Assembly: GCA_963748625.1 (NCBI GenBank)
Contig: CAVVJT010000007.1
Span: 384,001-448,000 of the forward strand
Length of the DNA stretch: 64,000 bases
Source: an uncultured Chloroflexia bacterium
GTDB lineage: Bacteria; Chloroflexota; Limnocylindria; Limnocylindrales; CSP1-4
Direction of reading: 5' to 3'
The notes under the pieces were generated by a model that worked only from the letters and a program-made list of their open reading frames with translations, searched no databases and had not been told where the DNA came from. Positions 34,501 through 45,600 of this stretch are shown here, piece after piece. Positions within the stretch are counted from its first letter, which is position 1. The number at the start of each line of letters is the position of its first letter. The translations under genes were made by a program, and so were the position numbers.

Positions 34501-36896
34501 TACTGGCCGCCGCGGACCTCGAGGACCGGGCGCTGTCGGTGAACGTCACCCCGGACAGCGAGCCGATACGAGCCCGGAGACACCGCGACCGTCGCGATCC
34601 GCACCCTCGGGCCCGGACGGCGCGCCCGTCGCGGCCTCCGTCTACGTGAAGGCCATCGACGAGAAGCTGTACGCCATCGACGCCGCCTACGACACCGACC
34701 CACTGGCCGACGCTGTACGCCATGGTCGGCGACGGCGTCCTGGCCACGGTGCGGTCGCACCGCGCCGCCGAGGAGGACCAGATCGAGTGCTGCGACACCA
34801 CCGGTGGTGGCGGCGATGACGCGGTCGGACTTCCGCGACTGGCTGGTCGCCACGCTGGTGACCACGGACCGGGACGGGCGGGCGACGCTGCAGGTCCCGC
34901 TGTCGGACGACCTGACCTCGTGGCGGGTGGTGGCGACCGCCGTGGACGGGTCGCTGCGGGCCGGACAGGGCGTCGGGCCGCCTCGCTGTCGGTCTCCCGT
35001 TCTTCGCCGAGGCGACCCTCAAGAGCGAGTACCTCGTCGCCGACCGGCCGGTCGTCAGCGTGCGCGGGTTCGGCAGCGCGCTCGGTGAAGCCGACCGCGT
35101 CACGTTCACGGTCAGCTCCGACACGCTGCCCATGGCTGCCGTGACCGTCAAGGCTCGTGCCTTCGGCTCGGCGGAGGTCCAGCTGCCGCGCCTGACGGTG
35201 GGCGACCACCGGGTCCGGATCGAGGCCGGCGCCGGTGGCGGCCGCTCCGACGTCCTGCGTGCGGACGTTCCGGGTGGTCGACTCGCGCGCGGTCCGCCGC
35301 GACACCACGTGGAGCCCGCTCGCGGAGCCGATGGCCGTGGACGCCGGCTCGGGCAGGACGTTCACCTACCTGACCCTCGCGGACGCGGGCCGCGGCCGGG
35401 TGATCCCGGTCCTCGAGCGCCTGACCTGGACCGATGGCGTCCGCTCGGACCAGCGGCTCGCGGCGGGGCTCGCGACAGCGGATCCTCGCGGGCGAGTTCG
35501 GCATGGACGCGGAGCCGGGGACAGAGGAGTGGCCTGTGGGCCGTTCTGGCGCGAGAACGGGCTCGCGCTCGTCGCCCACGGGTCCGCCCAGCTCGAGGTG
35601 ACCGCACTCGCCGCCAGTGACCGGCGACCCGCAGCTCGACGCTGGACCGGCTGCGCGAGCCGCTCGAGGCCGTCGCCTTCGACGCACGCCAGCTCCGCGA
35701 GCGGCGACTGCTCGCCCTTGCCGGCCTCGCTGCCCTCGGCGAGCCCGTCCTGGGCGAGGTGCGCTCGGCAGCAGCGCAGGCGGATCTCACGCTCGAGGAG
35801 CAGATCTCAGTCGCGCTCGCGGCGTTCCATCGCCGGTGACGAGGCGCTCGCCAGGCAGGCTGGAGCGGGCGGTGCTCGAAGCCCATGGGCGTGCTCGAGG
35901 ACGCGTGGCTGCGCCTCGACACCGGCGACCCGGAGGCGCGACGCGCTCCAGACGGCACGGCTGGCGATCGTGTCGGCCTCACTGGGTCGGCACGTACGCG
36001 GCCGACATGGACGCCTGGATCGAGGCGAATCCTCCGCGCGACACTCCGTGGTCGATCTCGAGCGCGCGCTCGCGGCCCGCGGCTGGGTCCAGCGGTGTCC
36101 GGGCGGCGACGCGGTCGCCGGCCTGTGGGTCGATGGCACCCGGCGCGAGGTGGCGATCCGCGGCGGCAACCCGGTGTCGGTCCAGCTGACGCCCGCCCAG
36201 GCGTCGTCGGCTCGAGGCTGGAACCCGTGTCGGGACAGGTCGTCGTGGTGACGCAGCGCGACGTGCCGCTCCACGCCGGCGGGCTCACGCCCCCGGACGG
36301 CGTCACCATCACCCGCACGGTGAAGCCCGCGGCGACATCAGGCCGACGGACACGGTGATCGTGACCCTGACCGTGCGGCTTGCCGCCGGCGGCACGCACG
36401 GAGTCCTGGACGGTGACCGACTGGGTGCCGTCCGGGCTCTGCGCCGACGGGTGGCGGTGAGTGGAACCGCGCGATCTCGCCCGACTCGATCACCGGCCAG
36501 CGGGTGGTGTTCCACTTCGGCGAGAGCCGCAAGACGGGCACGTGGATCCTGCGCTACGTCGCCCGGGTCGTGACGCCGGGCACGTACCGCTGGGAGTCGA
36601 CGGTGCTCCAGTCGGACGTCAACCCGGACGAGGGCCTCCTGGTGCCGCCGGACGAGATCACGATCAGAGGCCTGGCGGTCCTCGGGTGCCGGCGACGCCC
36701 GACGCCGACACCGCAGCCGACGCTGGAACCGACGCCCGCTCCGACGGCGGCAGTCCGTCGGATCGCCCATGCCCACGCCCAGGCCACGCCGCAGCCAACC
36801 CCGAGCCCACGCCCGGCAACGACGCCCGGCGCGACCTCGAGCCCGCGCCCGGTCCCGAGCCCGGCACCGTCCATCGCGCCGTCTCCGTCACCCTAG
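31535..36896 (+). CDS. Alpha-2-macroglobulin-like lipoprotein 3 (heavily frameshifted; read errors or pseudogene), Pro/Thr-rich C-tail
   Basis: Colinear fragments: lipobox LVVGC, DTAIEITFDQ, TDRSAYRSTDTVNAWG, RSDFRDWLV...DDLTSWRV, LADAGRGRVIP, YVARVVTPGTYRWE, ending PTPTPQPT...PSPSP*. Confidence 0.82.
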
Positions 36897-36912
36897 ACCT
36901 CCACCGGCGAAG

Positions 36913-36954
36913 TGGTATCGCCGCGCGGACGAACGACCCCTCACGGCGATACCA
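36913..36954. promoter_or_regulatory. Perfect 11-bp inverted repeat between A2M-like gene 3 and def (terminator or operator)
   Basis: TGGTATCGCCG-N20-CGGCGATACCA; the right arm overlaps a TACCAT -10-like box 7 nt before the def ATG. Confidence 0.55.
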
Positions 36955-36962
36955 TCGCGCCC

Positions 36963-37550
36963 ATGGCCATCCGTCCCATCACCACCCTCGGCGATCCCCG
37001 GCTGCGCATGCCCGGCCGCGAGGTCGCCCGGTTCGACCGTGAGCTGGGCGTCCTCATCGACGACATGATCGAGACCATGGACGATGCTCCCGGCGTCGGG
37101 CTCGCCGCCCAGCAGGTGGGCGTCGACCTGCGGGTCTGCGTGATCCGCATCGAGGACGAGCTCTACGAGGTGGTGAACCCCGAGATCGTCCATCTCTCGG
37201 GCGAGGAGGGCGACTGGGAGGGCTGCCTGTCGGCCCCGGGGCTCCGCGCCTGGCGGGTGCGGGCCGAGCACGCGGTGATGACCGGGCGCGACCGCCACGG
37301 ACGGAAGGTGAAGGTGTCAGGCCACGGTCTGCTCGCCCGGGCGATCCAGCACGAGTTCGACCACCTCCACGGCGAGATCTACATCGACAAGCTGCCGGCC
37401 GGGCAGGAGATCCTCACCGAGGAGCAGCTCGACGAGCGGCTCCAGGCGGAGCGCAAGACCCACCGGCTGGCGCGGATCCACCGGCGCAAGCCCGTCGACG
37501 CGGCGATCGACGCTGCGGCGTCCAGTGAGGCTGCGCTCGACGCAGGGTAG
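36963..37550 (+). CDS. def: Peptide deformylase
   Basis: GVGLAAQQVG, EGCLS, QHEFDHLHG. Confidence 0.96.
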   Translation: MAIRPITTLGDPRLRMPGREVARFDRELGVLIDDMIETMDDAPGVGLAAQQVGVDLRVCVIRIEDELYEVVNPEIVHLSGEEGDWEGCLSAPGLRAWRVRAEHAVMTGRDRHGRKVKVSGHGLLARAIQHEFDHLHGEIYIDKLPAGQEILTEEQLDERLQAERKTHRLARIHRRKPVDAAIDAAASSEAALDAG

Positions 37551-37838
37551 GGCCCGGTTGCGCTGCGGGCGATGGCCGCGTGCGCTGCCGGCTTGCGGTG
37601 CCCCGCGCTGGTGCCGCGTGCGCCGCTGTGCGCCCAGAGTCAACGGAATCGCGCATCAGGGGCCACCTGGGCGGCGTCAGGATGCCCATTTGCGGGTTTG
37701 TGCTGACGCCCAGGCAACGATCGGCCGCAAACCGGCATGGCCGGCGTCCCGTTTGCGGGGTTTCGTTGACCTGCACGCACGCGACCGGGGCGAGGGCGAG
37801 GAAGCGAGCGAGGCCGAGGGCGAGGAAGCGGGCGGGTG

Positions 37839-39989
37839 CTACTTCCCGTCGCCTGCGGCCCGGCGCGACTCCAGCTCCACCACCTTGTTCTGCGGGTAGG
37901 CCACCCGCTGGTGGTACATGCCCAGGAGCTGTGCCACGAACGCCTCGCGGATCCGCTCGATGTCGCGCAGGGTGAGGTCGCACTCGTCGAACTGGTCGTC
38001 GGCGATCCGGTCCTCGATGATGCGCGCCACCATCGCCCGGATGGCGGCCTCGTCACGCGTTGCCAGCGAGCGAACCGACGCCTCGGTGGAGTCCGCCAGC
38101 ATGATGATCGCGGCCTCACGGGACTGGGGCTTGGGGCCGCCGTGGCGGAACTTGCGCACATCCACCGCGTCGGCCGCCTTGCGCCCCTCGGCCGTGTCGA
38201 GCCCGCCGTACGGCGCCGCCGCCTGTTCTCGCGCCCGGGCGTGGAAGTAGCCCATGACCATCGTCCCGTGGTGCTGCGGGATGAACGCGATGATCGCCTT
38301 GGGCAGGCCGGACTTGTAGGCGAGGTCGATTCCCTCACTGATGTGGCTCTTGAGCATCTGGGCCGACTGCTCGGGGTCCAGCTCGTCGTGGACGTTGTCA
38401 GCGCCCGCCTGGTTCTCAATGAAGAACGCGGGGTTCGCGATCTTGCCGACATCGTGGTAGTAGGCCGCCACGCGGGTCAGCAGCGGATCGGCCCCGATCA
38501 CCTCGGCAGCGCGCTCCGCCAGGTTGCCGACCATGAGGCTGTGGTGGTACGTGCCGGGCGTCTCCACGAGGAGCCGGCGCAGGAGCGGCTGGGACGGGTT
38601 CGCGAGCTCGAGCAACTGGAACGACGTGACGATGCCGAACACCGACCCGATCACCGCGAAGGAGCCGACCGCGGCCACCGCCGAGCCGCCCGCCGACACG
38701 GCGGCCGCGCCGATCAGCTCCAGGATTCCGCGGATGTCCCGGTCGCCGAGGAGCGCGAACGTCACGACCACCAGCGACTGGACGACAAACACCCCGACGC
38801 CCGCCTGGAGGAAGACGGTGAGGCGCTCGCCGCGGCGCACGCCGACGATGCCCGACAGGCCGCCGAGCATCACGTAGGCCGCGAGCTCCAGCCCGCCACC
38901 GTTCACGGCCGCCGCGACCACCGCGATCAGCGCGGTCAGGATGACGGCGACGCCGGCGTCGAGCAGGACGGTCACGAGCATGCCGACCGCCGCCAGTGGG
39001 AGCGCATACGGAAGCCAGGCGCGGTCGGCCGTGAGCTTGAGGGCGAAGACCGACACCAACAGCAGCAGGCCCAACAGCAGCAGGACGTTGTTGCGGTGCC
39101 AGAAGTCGCGCCGGAAGCGCCAGGTCCACGTCAGCAGCAGGCCCACGACCAGGACCGTGAGGAGCACGAAGCCGCCGAGGCGCACGGGGTCGAGGCCGCC
39201 ATCGTTCAGGCCGAGGGTGTCGACGGCCTCCATCGCGACCGCGTCCACGAGGTCGCCGCCGCGGATGATGGTCTGACCGCGCTCCCAGGACTTGACCTGG
39301 TCCACGACCGCCTCCGCGGCCCGGGCGCGCTCCTGCTCGGTGACGATCTCCGAGTACGAGGAGTTGGGGACGACCAGCGGACGGATGAGGGAGGCCGCGA
39401 GCGCCGCCTCGGCAGCGGTGAGGTCCCCGCCCATGCGGCCGGCGAGGCTGGACCTGACGGCGGCCACCTCAACGTCACGGAGCTCGGAGCGCTCGAGCGT
39501 GTCGAGGACACGTGCCGCCTCGCTGCGGACGGCGGCCCAGCGGGCGGCGTCCAGGGCGAGCAGCGTGGTGCGGTCCTCGGTCCCCACCTGGTTCGCGAGC
39601 GCAGCCGTGAGCAGGGCTGTCCGGGTGTCCTCGCTGACCGCGTCGCCGAAGGCGAGGTCGATGGAGGTGACCAGGCGCTCGAACTCGCCCAACTGCTGGG
39701 TGGCGACGGCGACCGCGTTCGCGAGGGTGAAGTCGTACTGGGGATCGACCGCGGTACGGGCCGCCTCGCGGGCCTCGTCGGTGAGCACCTTGCTGACGTA
39801 CTGGGTGGTGCGCGTGGCCTGGACGTTGGCCGGCGCAGGCTTGCCGACCTCGAGCGGCGGCTGGGCCGGCAGGACGTCGATCCCGAGGATCACCGACATC
39901 GCGATGATCAGCAGCAGCGACGCGCCGATCAGGCGGCCGGCGTCACCGCGCGTGAAGCCTGTGGTCTGTTCGCTCGACTGGGCAAGCAT
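37839..39989 (-). CDS. 7TM-HD (HDIG) phosphohydrolase, PgpH/YqfF-like
   Basis: Extracellular domain, multiple TM segments, then ETPGTYHHS, YYHDVGK, FFIENQ, QHHGT, GPKPQSREAAIIMLADS. Confidence 0.92.
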   Translation of the reverse strand: MLAQSSEQTTGFTRGDAGRLIGASLLLIIAMSVILGIDVLPAQPPLEVGKPAPANVQATRTTQYVSKVLTDEAREAARTAVDPQYDFTLANAVAVATQQLGEFERLVTSIDLAFGDAVSEDTRTALLTAALANQVGTEDRTTLLALDAARWAAVRSEAARVLDTLERSELRDVEVAAVRSSLAGRMGGDLTAAEAALAASLIRPLVVPNSSYSEIVTEQERARAAEAVVDQVKSWERGQTIIRGGDLVDAVAMEAVDTLGLNDGGLDPVRLGGFVLLTVLVVGLLLTWTWRFRRDFWHRNNVLLLLGLLLLVSVFALKLTADRAWLPYALPLAAVGMLVTVLLDAGVAVILTALIAVVAAAVNGGGLELAAYVMLGGLSGIVGVRRGERLTVFLQAGVGVFVVQSLVVVTFALLGDRDIRGILELIGAAAVSAGGSAVAAVGSFAVIGSVFGIVTSFQLLELANPSQPLLRRLLVETPGTYHHSLMVGNLAERAAEVIGADPLLTRVAAYYHDVGKIANPAFFIENQAGADNVHDELDPEQSAQMLKSHISEGIDLAYKSGLPKAIIAFIPQHHGTMVMGYFHARAREQAAAPYGGLDTAEGRKAADAVDVRKFRHGGPKPQSREAAIIMLADSTEASVRSLATRDEAAIRAMVARIIEDRIADDQFDECDLTLRDIERIREAFVAQLLGMYHQRVAYPQNKVVELESRRAAGDGK

Positions 39990-40013
39990 GGCCGCATTCC
40001 TCCGGACTGGAGG

Positions 40014-40490
40014 CTAGTGCTCCGTGTCGTGTGCCGCAAGGTCCGCTCGGGCCAGCGCCTGGGCCACCAGGCCCGCAGCGGTCTTGCCGTCGGCGCGGCC
40101 GCGGATGCGCGGGGAGAGCACGCCCATGACCTTGCCCAGGTCGCGCGCGGAGGCGGCTCCGGTCTCGGCCACGGCCTGGTCCACCAGGGCACGAAGCTCG
40201 TCGTCCGTCAGCTGCTGCGGGAGGTAGTCGTTGAGGATGGCGATCTCCGCCTCCTCCTTCGCGACGAGGTCCTCGCGGCCGCCCTTGCGGAAGGCGTCCA
40301 CGGACTCGCGGCGGGTCTTGACCTCCCTGGTGACGACGCCGAGGATCTCGTCCTCGGACAGGGTGACCTTCTTCGCCTTCTCGGTGTTGTAGATGGAGTT
40401 CTGGACCATCCGCAGCACGTCGCGGCGCAGCGCGTCACCGGACCGCATCGCTGCGATGGTGTCGTCATGGAGTCGTTCGCGTAGGGTCAC
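40014..40490 (-). CDS. GatB/YqeY domain protein
   Basis: LRERLHDDTIAAMRSGD, REVKTRRES, YLPQQL, DLGKVMG, GRADGK; GTG start after AAGGAG. Confidence 0.93.
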   Translation of the reverse strand: MTLRERLHDDTIAAMRSGDALRRDVLRMVQNSIYNTEKAKKVTLSEDEILGVVTREVKTRRESVDAFRKGGREDLVAKEEAEIAILNDYLPQQLTDDELRALVDQAVAETGAASARDLGKVMGVLSPRIRGRADGKTAAGLVAQALARADLAAHDTEH

Positions 40491-40577
40491 CGGATGGCTC
40501 CTTGCGGACCCCCGGGGTGCCAAGAGACCCGCGGATCGCTCCACTCGCGTGGGGAGTCCGCGGGTCCCGGGAAAGGC

Positions 40578-40763
40578 TCAGCCCTGGCTCGCTCGCGCGT
40601 TCTTCTTGCGCTTCGCTTCCTTGCGCTTCCGCTTCACCGACGGCTTCTCGTAGTGCTCACGACGACGCGCCTCGGCGAGGATCCCGCTCTGCTGGATCTT
40701 CTTGTTGAAGCGTCGGAGGGCGCTTTCGAACGTCTCGTTCTCGCCCACTCGGACTTCGGCCAA
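40578..40763 (-). CDS. rpsU: 30S ribosomal protein S21
   Basis: (M)[21 protein letters not shown]...[14 protein letters not shown]; TTG start after GAGGAGGTGA RBS. Confidence 0.97.
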   Translation of the reverse strand: MAEVRVGENETFESALRRFNKKIQQSGILAEARRREHYEKPSVKRKRKEAKRKKNARASQG

Positions 40764-40886
40764 ACCCGGTTCACCTCCTCGGGCAGGGAGTTGGTGCCTC
40801 ACCATGTCCACACGCGAATGCCCAACGGTGCGGGGCGTCCGACAGACGACGTGACGGGCACGCCAAGCCTGCCGGCAGGCCGCCGG

Positions 40887-40915
40887 AGTGTATGCCCGTG
40901 CATGGAGAGGGTCAA
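40887..40915 (-). promoter_or_regulatory. Sigma70-type promoter of rpsU-yqeY
   Basis: TTGACC-N17-TACACT on the minus strand. Confidence 0.7.
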
Positions 40916-41058
40916 ACGCGCGGGGGTAGGAGATAGAGCGGACGGAAACGCGCCGGTGATCGCCGCGATGCGCGTTCAGGCTCGTGGTCCTTCGCTTCGG
41001 AGGTCTCCTGCGAGAGCCGGGGTCATTAGTCTGCCAGCACGTTCGCGGCGTGGGGCGA

Positions 41059-41953
41059 CTACTTCTTCGCCGGCCCAGGAAGTTCTCCTAGCCTTCGCAA
41101 CTCGCTACGGATGAGCCGCGTCAGCTCGCGCCGCAGGCGGACAGTCTGGCCAGCCTCGAACTCCAGCGCGTCGTTGTTCAGCGTGACGTCATTGAGGGTC
41201 AAGAGTCGAGTGCCGCTGCGCTCGAGTCGGTGCAGACCTGGCGAGCACCTCGGCCCTCGATCGCAGGGCGTCGCGAAGGCGAGGCCGGGCTCGAGGCGGT
41301 GCAGACGCTGGCGACGTGCCTGTGCTCGATCGCTCAAGGGCGCCGACGCGGCGATGCCCGCGCTCGAGTCGGTGAGACCTAGGCGATCGACTCACGCCCT
41401 CGAGTCGCGCAAGGGCGTCACGATGGCGATGCCCGCGCTCGAGTCGGTGCAGACCCTGGCGATGTCGACCTCGCCCTGAGTCGCTCAAGGGCGTCACGAC
41501 GGCGATCCGCGCACGAGATCGGTGCAGTCCTCGCGATGTCGACCTTCGCCCTCGAGTCGCCGAGGGCGTCGATGGCGATGGCCGGCGCTCGAGCGTTGAG
41601 ATCTCGGGCACGCCAGCATCCTCGAAGGTTGTCGAGTCCAACTCGACGCCCTCGGTGCGGAGCCAGGTCGTCGCTTTCCGCGACGAGCCCCGGCACGTCC
41701 GCCACCACGTGTCGCCACCGATCATCAACAACGCCAACCACCCGACAGGCCTTGGTCGCGTCGCTGATGTGGCGCATCTGGCTCGCCGCAGCGGCAACGG
41801 GTCGGCGGAGTCCGGCCCACCGACGGGCACGACCTCGAGAACGACCAGGCCTGCTGGCGTGTCGACGGCCAGGTCAAGCCTCAGCCCAGCGATATCGACC
41901 GACTTTGCCTCAATTCCGCGCATCGCCAGACGGCCGCTGATGGCGCCCGGCAA
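41059..41953 (-). CDS. Hypothetical protein: PD-(D/E)XK-like N-terminus plus 12-aa tandem repeats (frameshifted)
   Basis: N-terminal [23 protein letters not shown]; repeat block ([18 protein letters not shown]); C-terminal [33 protein letters not shown]...*. Confidence 0.5.
41216..41595. repeat. About 5 degenerate tandem copies of a ~72-78 nt unit
   Basis: gcgctcgagtcggtgcagacc..ggcgatgtcgacct..gccctcgagtcgc.caagggcgtc..gatggcgatgccc recurs near 41217, 41289, 41360, 41436 and 41510. Confidence 0.85.
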
Positions 41954-42007
41954 GTGCCGCTGCTACCTGAGAGTCCTTCTCCGGGGCCCGTAGCGCCGTT
42001 CGACCCT

Positions 42008-42690
42008 TCAGCTGCTCCTGCCATCCCGCGTCCGTTGGGTCTGGGTAGAAGATGCCCTCGATCGTGCATCGAGGTCCTCGACCGTCTCGACGACCGCCAC
42101 CAACTCGGAGCCTTGGGCCCCAAAGACGTACACGAGGTTGCGGGCAGCTGGAAGCGCCAGCTCCGGAACGCCCGGCGCATCCTCGTCCCGCTTGCTCTGA
42201 ATATCCTCAAGGAACGCGAGCAAGGTGAACTGCCGCGGCTGCCGTGGCGTCCAGCTCTGATACGGTGCCACTACGATGAGCTCGGCCTCGCGCAGCCCGC
42301 ATCGTTGTAGCCAGGTCGCGCCCGCCCTTGTGCGACACCTGCGTGCCGAGGCCGTGTGAGCCGCGAGCCAGTCCTGCGGCGCCGATCGACACCGCATCGC
42401 CCGTTACGCTCGTGTACCGCTCGGCGAATGTGACAGCGAGGTCGAGGGCGACAATGGCCTGACTGGCGTCGGCGACGGCGTCGCTCGGGTCGTCCTGGCG
42501 AGACCCGTGAAGGTCGCGAGGCGTCTTGGCGTCGGAGAGCGGTCCTACGCGTGGATGCGGACTCGAGTTTGCATTCGCTCCACCCTCGCGCGTGCGAGGA
42601 CGGCTCCGCGAGGCGAGCCTGTGGGCCAGCGATGAGGCGCGGCGATCGCCTGCTGATCGTCCTCCCAACTCGTCCGCGGCCATCATCATG
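42008..42690 (-). CDS. Hypothetical protein (frameshifted) immediately downstream of hsdR
   Basis: Protein-like fragments in two frames: [27 protein letters not shown] and [15 protein letters not shown]...[11 protein letters not shown]...[17 protein letters not shown]. Confidence 0.4.
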
Positions 42691-45600
42691 CCACGGCCCA
42701 CAAGCCGACAGCACCTCGGCCTGCTCGAGCACGAGTCTGCGTCGCCTTCTCCTGCTTGTCGGGCGGGTAGCCGTGCTTGCGCAGGATCCGCTTCACGATG
42801 ACGCGGAGCTGGGCGCGGACGTTCTCGCGGACGGTCCAGTCGATGGTGACGTTGGCGCGGACCTGCTCGGTGAGCTCGCGGGCGATCATCAGGAGCTGGT
42901 CGTCGCCCAGGACCGCGACCGCGCTGTCGTTGACCTCGAGCGCGTCGTAGAAGGCGAGCTCGTCGTCGGTGAGGCCGAGCTGCTCGCCGCGCGGCTGACG
43001 CCGCCCGCAGCTCCTTGGCGAGCGCGATCAGCTCCTCGATGACCTGCGCGGTCTCGATGGCGCGGTTCTGGTAGCGGCGGAGGGCCTGCTCGAGCAGGTC
43101 GGCGAAGGAGCGGGCCTGGACGACGTTGCGCCGGCCGCGGGACTTGATCTCGCCGGCGAGCAGCTTGCGCAGCAGCTCGACGGCGACGTTCCGCTGCGGC
43201 AGGCCGCGGACGTCGGCGAGGAACTCGTCGGACAGGATCGAGATGTCGGGCTTCTTGCAGGCCGGCCGCGGCGAAGATGTCGACGACCTCGTCCGACGCG
43301 ACCGAGCGGCTGACGATCTGGCGGATGGCGTGGTCGAGCTCCTCGTCGCTCTTCCGCTCGGTCGCGGCGCTCTTGGCGAGCACGGCGCGGACGGCCTGGA
43401 AGAAGCCGACGTCGTCGCGGATCTCGATCGCCTCGTCGGCCGGCACGGCGAGCGCGAACGCCGCCGACAGCTCGGTCACGACCTGGAGCAGCCGGGCCTT
43501 GCCGTCCTCCTGCGCGAGGATGTGCTCCTGCGCGAGCGGGAGCAGCGAGACCCGCTCGTCGGCCGGTCCCGGTCACCCACGCGCGACCGGTCGAAGCCGT
43601 GGAACAGGCCGCAGCAGATCTCGTACTTCTCGAGCATCAGCGCGACCGCCTCGCGCTGGTCGATCGCCGTCCGCCCGGTGCCGCCGCTCTCGGTGTAGGT
43701 CGCGAGCGCCTTGCGCAGCTCGTCGGCGAGGCCCAGGTAGTCGACGACGAGGCCGCCCGGCTTGTCGCGGAACACCCGGTTCACGCGGGCGATCGCCTGC
43801 ATCAGGCCGTGCCCGCGCATCGGCTTGTCGAGGTACATCGTGTGGAGCGACGGCGCGTCGAACCCGGTCAGCCACATGTCGCGCACGATGACGATGCGGA
43901 ACGGGTCGGCGGGATCGCGGAACCGGGCCGCGAGCGCCTCGCGCCGGCCCTTGTTGCGGATGTGCGGCTGCCAGTCGAGCGGGTCGGTGGCCGAGCCGGT
44001 CATCACGACCTTGAGCGCGCCGCCGGCGTCGTCGTCGACCGACCCAGTCCGGGCGCAGCAGCGCGATCTCGCGGTACAGGTCGACCGCGATCCGCCGGCT
44101 CATCGTGACGACCATCGCCTTGCCGTCCATGACCGCGAGCCGGTCCTCGAAGTGCGCGACGAGGTCCCGCGGCGACCAGGCGCATCCGGTGCTCGGAGCC
44201 GACCAGCGCCTCGAGCTGCGCCCAGCGGCTCTTGAGCTGCTCCTTGCGGTCGACCTCCTCGCCCTCGGTCACCTCGTCGAAGGCCGGGTCGATCAGCGGG
44301 CGCTCGTCCTCGCGCAGGGTGATCTTGGCGAGCCGGCTCTCGTAGAAGATCGGGACGGTCGCGCCGTCCTTGACGGCGCGCTCGATGTCGTAGATCGAGA
44401 TGTAGTCGCCGAACACCGAGCGGGTGTTGGCGTCGGTCGCCTCGATCGGGGTGCCGGTGAAGCCGATGAAGGACGCGCCCGGGAGCGCGTCGCGCAGGTG
44501 GCGGGCGAAGCCGTCGATGAAGTCGTACTGGCTGCGGTGCGCCTCGTCCGCGATCACGACGATGTTCCGGCGGTCGGAGAGGACCGGGTGCTGGTCGCCC
44601 TTCTCGTCGGGGAAGAACTTCTGGATGGTCGTGAACACGACGCCGCCCGAGCCGACCGAGAGCTTCTCGCGCAGGTCGTCGCGGTCGGTCGCCTGGACCG
44701 GGTCCTGGCGGAGCAGGTCGCGGCAGCGCGAGAACGTGCCGAAGAGCTGGTCGTCGAGGTCGTTGCGGTCGGTGAGGACGACGACCGTCGGGTTCGCCAT
44801 CGCGGGCTCGAGCACGATCCGGCCCGCGTAGAAGGCCATCGTGAGGCTCTTGCCGGAGCCCTGCGTGTGCCAGATCACACCGACGCGCCGGTCGCCGGCG
44901 TCGCCGCCCGGTCGGTCGGCGATCTCGTACCGGCCGAGCTCCTCGGCCGCCTTCGCGTGCGCGGCCCGCGGGGCGCCGCGCGCAGCGTCTCCTCGACGGC
45001 GGCGTTGACGGCGTGGAACTGGTGGTAGCCCGCGATCTTCTTCGCGATCGCGCCGCCGCCCGCGTCCTCGAACACGATGAAGTGGCGGACGCAGGTCGAG
45101 GAACCGGCGGTGCTCGAACACGCCCTCGAGCAGGACCCGGAGCGCCGGCATCGCCGGTCGGGGCGTCGGCCGCGCCGTCGATCGTGCGCCAGGGCTTGAA
45201 CCACTCCTTGCCGGCGCCGAGCGCGCCGATGCGCGCCTGCGTGCCGTCCGACACGACGAGGACCGCGTTCGTCCCGAACAGGGCCGGGATCTGCGCCTGG
45301 TACGTGCCGAGCTGGTTGAAGGCGGACCAGATGGTCGCCGCCTCGTCGGCCGGGTTCTTGAGCTCGATCACCGCGACCGGCAGGCCGTTGAGGAACAGGA
45401 CCACGTCGGGCCGGCGCTCCTGGCCGCCCTCGACGACCGTGAACTGGTTGACCGCGACCCAGTCGTTGGCCGCCGGGTGCTCGAAGTCGATGACGCGGGC
45501 CTGGGCCCCGGCGATCGAGCCGTCGGCGCGGCGGTACTCCACCGTCACGCCGTCGACGAGCATCCGGTGCAGCGCCCGGTTCCGCTCGAGCAGCGTCGGC

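Noticed and set aside
41216-41595. Tandem repeats as a CRISPR array
   Set aside because: Units are contiguous and degenerate, with no unique spacers and no cas genes; they behave like coding repeats.
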